Source of the DNA: a virus
Lineage: Duplodnaviria > Caudoviricetes
Strand: one strand, 5' to 3'
DNA length: 64,000 nt
IMG/VR virus record: IMGVR_UViG_2842063143_000003
Location: 1,570-65,569 of that record
Under the pieces are notes generated by a model, which was not told where the DNA came from, did not search any database, and saw only the letters and a program-made list of their open reading frames with translations. Position 1 is the first letter of the stretch; every line of letters starts with the position of its first letter. Below, piece after piece: positions 62,859-64,000 of the stretch. Position numbers and translations under genes: made by a program.

Positions 62859-64000
62859 CGCCGCCTCTCCAGGGCGTCACCGCGGCGGTATGCAAGCTCG
62901 GTGGCGTCTCCGACTGTGTGGGCCAAGGCCACCTCGACCACGTCACGCGGGAACGCGGTCTCGTCGCCGGCCCAGTCTCGGAACGAGGATCGGAAGCCGT
63001 GGGCGGTGTAGGCGTTTGCCTTGGCCCGTCTCAGCAACGCCTCGAACACCATGTCGGACAGCTTGCGATTGGCGCTGCTCGGGAAGACCAGCGCGTCAGG
63101 TGCTGGGTCATTGAACCGAAGGCCCTTCAGGATCTCGACCGCGCGAGCCTGTAGCGGAACCCGGTGTTCGCGCTTCGCCTTCATCCGCTCGGCCGGCACG
63201 ACCCAGACAGCAGCTTCCAGATCCAGTTCGCCCCACACCATGCCGCGGATCTCACCCGAGCGAGCGGCCGTCAGGATCAGCACCTCTAAGGCGCGGGCCG
63301 ATAGACCTGGACGTTGCTGGATCGCCCGAACGAAAGCCGGGACATCGCGATAGGGCATCGCCGGGTGGTGGCCGCGCGTTAGCTTCGGCGGCCTCGGCAG
63401 CAGAAAATCCAGATGGCCCCGCCAAAGTGCGGGGTTTTCGCCGGTTCGATGCCCGGCCGCACGGGCTGCATTCAACACGCGCTCTATCCGCCCGCGAATG
63501 CGCTTGGCAGTCTCGGGTTTCTCGTTCCAGATCGGACGTAGAACGCGAAGAACGGCTTCAGTGTCGATCATGGCGACCGGCATCGTCCAGAGGCTGGCGG
63601 CCTGGACCTCAAGCGTCTGTCGCCACTGATGACGATGGACGGGACTTCGCCAGACCGTCTTCTGCGCCTCCATGTAGGCCGACGCGACAGCGCCAAACGT
63701 CATCGGTGGCGCGATCTGGGCCGGCGTCTCAGAGGCGCGTTTGGCGTCGATTGGGTCTGTCCCGCTCGCCACCAGCGCCCGCGCATCCGCTGCCAGCTCA
63801 CGAGCCCGTGACAACGACACACTGCCGACCGGGCCTAATCCCATCTCTCGGCGCCGCCCGCCGATGCGGTAGAGCAACACCCAGCGCTTAGAGCCGGCCG
63901 AGTCGATATAAAGATAGAGGCCGCCGCCGTCGGCATGCCGGCCGGGTTCGGCAAGCGCCTGAACCTTCTTCGCCGAGAGTCGATTGACCGCCCGAGCCAT
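62795..64000 (-). CDS. int: Tyrosine integrase (P4-like, arm-binding domain)
   Basis: PGRHADGGGLYL arm domain; TAARSGE (R), MKAKREH (K), HGFRSSFRDW (H-x-x-R), ALAH, AY. Confidence 0.96.
   Translation of the reverse strand: MARAVNRLSAKKVQALAEPGRHADGGGLYLYIDSAGSKRWVLLYRIGGRRREMGLGPVGSVSLSRARELAADARALVASGTDPIDAKRASETPAQIAPPMTFGAVASAYMEAQKTVWRSPVHRHQWRQTLEVQAASLWTMPVAMIDTEAVLRVLRPIWNEKPETAKRIRGRIERVLNAARAAGHRTGENPALWRGHLDFLLPRPPKLTRGHHPAMPYRDVPAFVRAIQQRPGLSARALEVLILTAARSGEIRGMVWGELDLEAAVWVVPAERMKAKREHRVPLQARAVEILKGLRFNDPAPDALVFPSSANRKLSDMVFEALLRRAKANAYTAHGFRSSFRDWAGDETAFPRDVVEVALAHTVGDATELAYRRGDALERRRHLMDAWAAFIAEPVKGKPVK

Larger units (their letters stand above)
75..64000. mobile_element. Temperate prophage with contractile tail (Bcep781-like structural module); boundaries not resolved
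   Basis: Contiguous integrase/xis, cI/cro, replication, terminase, portal, capsid, sheath, baseplate, fibre and lysis modules; left accessory genes are phage-like; att sites not visible. Confidence 0.93.

Noticed and set aside
1-64000. attL/attR core repeats
   Set aside because: No long direct repeat or tRNA 3' end seen at either edge; both att sites probably lie outside the window

Overview
The window is almost entirely one temperate prophage in a high-GC host, probably alphaproteobacterial (inferred). It has a contractile tail and Bcep781/BcepC6B-like structural genes. From right to left: a tyrosine integrase (start codon at the window edge) converging on an excisionase; a rightward early operon (HNH endonuclease, dCTP deaminase, DNA methyltransferase, MazG-fusion, ASCH); a cI/cro switch with clear operators; a leftward replication operon (RuvC-like, PD-(D/E)XK nuclease, primase-helicase followed by an iteron array); a HicB/HicA-like pair; a NusG-like antiterminator; and a ~36 kb leftward late operon (terminases, portal, head, tail, baseplate, fibres, GH19 endolysin, holin-like genes) ending at a terminator near 5.2 kb. 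The left 5 kb holds small accessory genes interrupted by a complete 3,090-bp ISL3-family cargo transposon (1455-4544). That element has an 8-bp target duplication GAAAATCA, imperfect terminal IRs and symmetric subterminal boxes. It carries an RHH regulator plus three divergently transcribed passenger genes, one of which is an ATP-grasp-like gene bracketed by 12-bp direct repeats. Other notable items: two tRNA-mimic RNAs lacking a normal anticodon loop, a -1 frameshift in the tail chaperone, a frameshift plus deletion-fusion in a fibre-associated gene pair, and recurring A-x-D motifs in head proteins. The att sites could not be located. All product calls come from motif recognition and gene order, not database searches.
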